From: Bugula neritina
Taxonomy: Eukaryota; Animalia; Bryozoa
Length of the DNA stretch: 64,000 nucleotides
Direction of reading: 5' to 3'
Assembly (NCBI GenBank): GCA_964035545.1
Contig: OZ037769.1
Location: 12,182,633 to 12,246,632 of the forward strand
The position numbers were made by a program, and so were the translations under genes. The notes under the pieces were generated by a model that was not told where the DNA came from, made no database searches, and was given only the letters and a program-made list of their open reading frames with translations. This document shows positions 63,782 to 64,000 of this stretch, one piece after another; position 1 is the first letter of the stretch, and each line of letters starts with the position of its first letter.

Positions 63782-64000
63782 CTGTGCAGAAAAAATTTCA
63801 AGACAACTAATAAACTTTGTATGACTAAATACATTGATTAAATACATTGTTTTTATATTTGGTGCATACAGAACATGCAGTGGACCAATTTTCATAGTTT
63901 TATTATCTTTCTCGGTGTAGTGGAAGCACAAAAATTATCCATTACAATTGCTCAACTGGATCATGTAATTTCAGTAAGTTAGTGCTTAAACAAAATAATA

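Overview
AT-rich animal (invertebrate, probably lophotrochozoan; inference) nuclear DNA with spliceosomal GT-AG genes. It is not prokaryotic and has no CRISPR array or rRNA. Host genes, left to right: first coding exon of a CAP-Gly (CLIP1/CLIP-190-like) gene (-); UBL5/Hub1 (+); two tandem 4-exon ependymin-related (EPDR) genes (-); two tandem SDR retinol-dehydrogenase-like genes (-); a complete 11-exon HADHB (+) with a ~3.3-kb 21-bp minisatellite filling intron 5; and the 3' four exons of an MFS/SLC16-like transporter (-). Mobile DNA: a young full-length Ty3/Gypsy element (422-bp LTRs, CTCAT TSD, elongator tRNA-Met PBS, one nonsense codon); a decayed Polinton/adintovirus virion module (penton-core-hexon-adenain) interrupted by a solo LTR and lying at the junction of the EPDR duplication; a TA-flanked non-autonomous DNA transposon; a foldback element; RTE and CR1/L2-type LINE fragments; and tRNA-derived SINEs. 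The least obvious layer is catalytic RNA: an HDV-like ribozyme at the 5' end of an RTE element, an apparently intact minimal hammerhead between (TA)n tracts, a dispersed ~180-bp family whose copies jointly rebuild a second hammerhead, and an unexplained GC-rich structured island with a partial hammerhead core. I found no clearly new gene system. All exon boundaries and pairings were read by eye.
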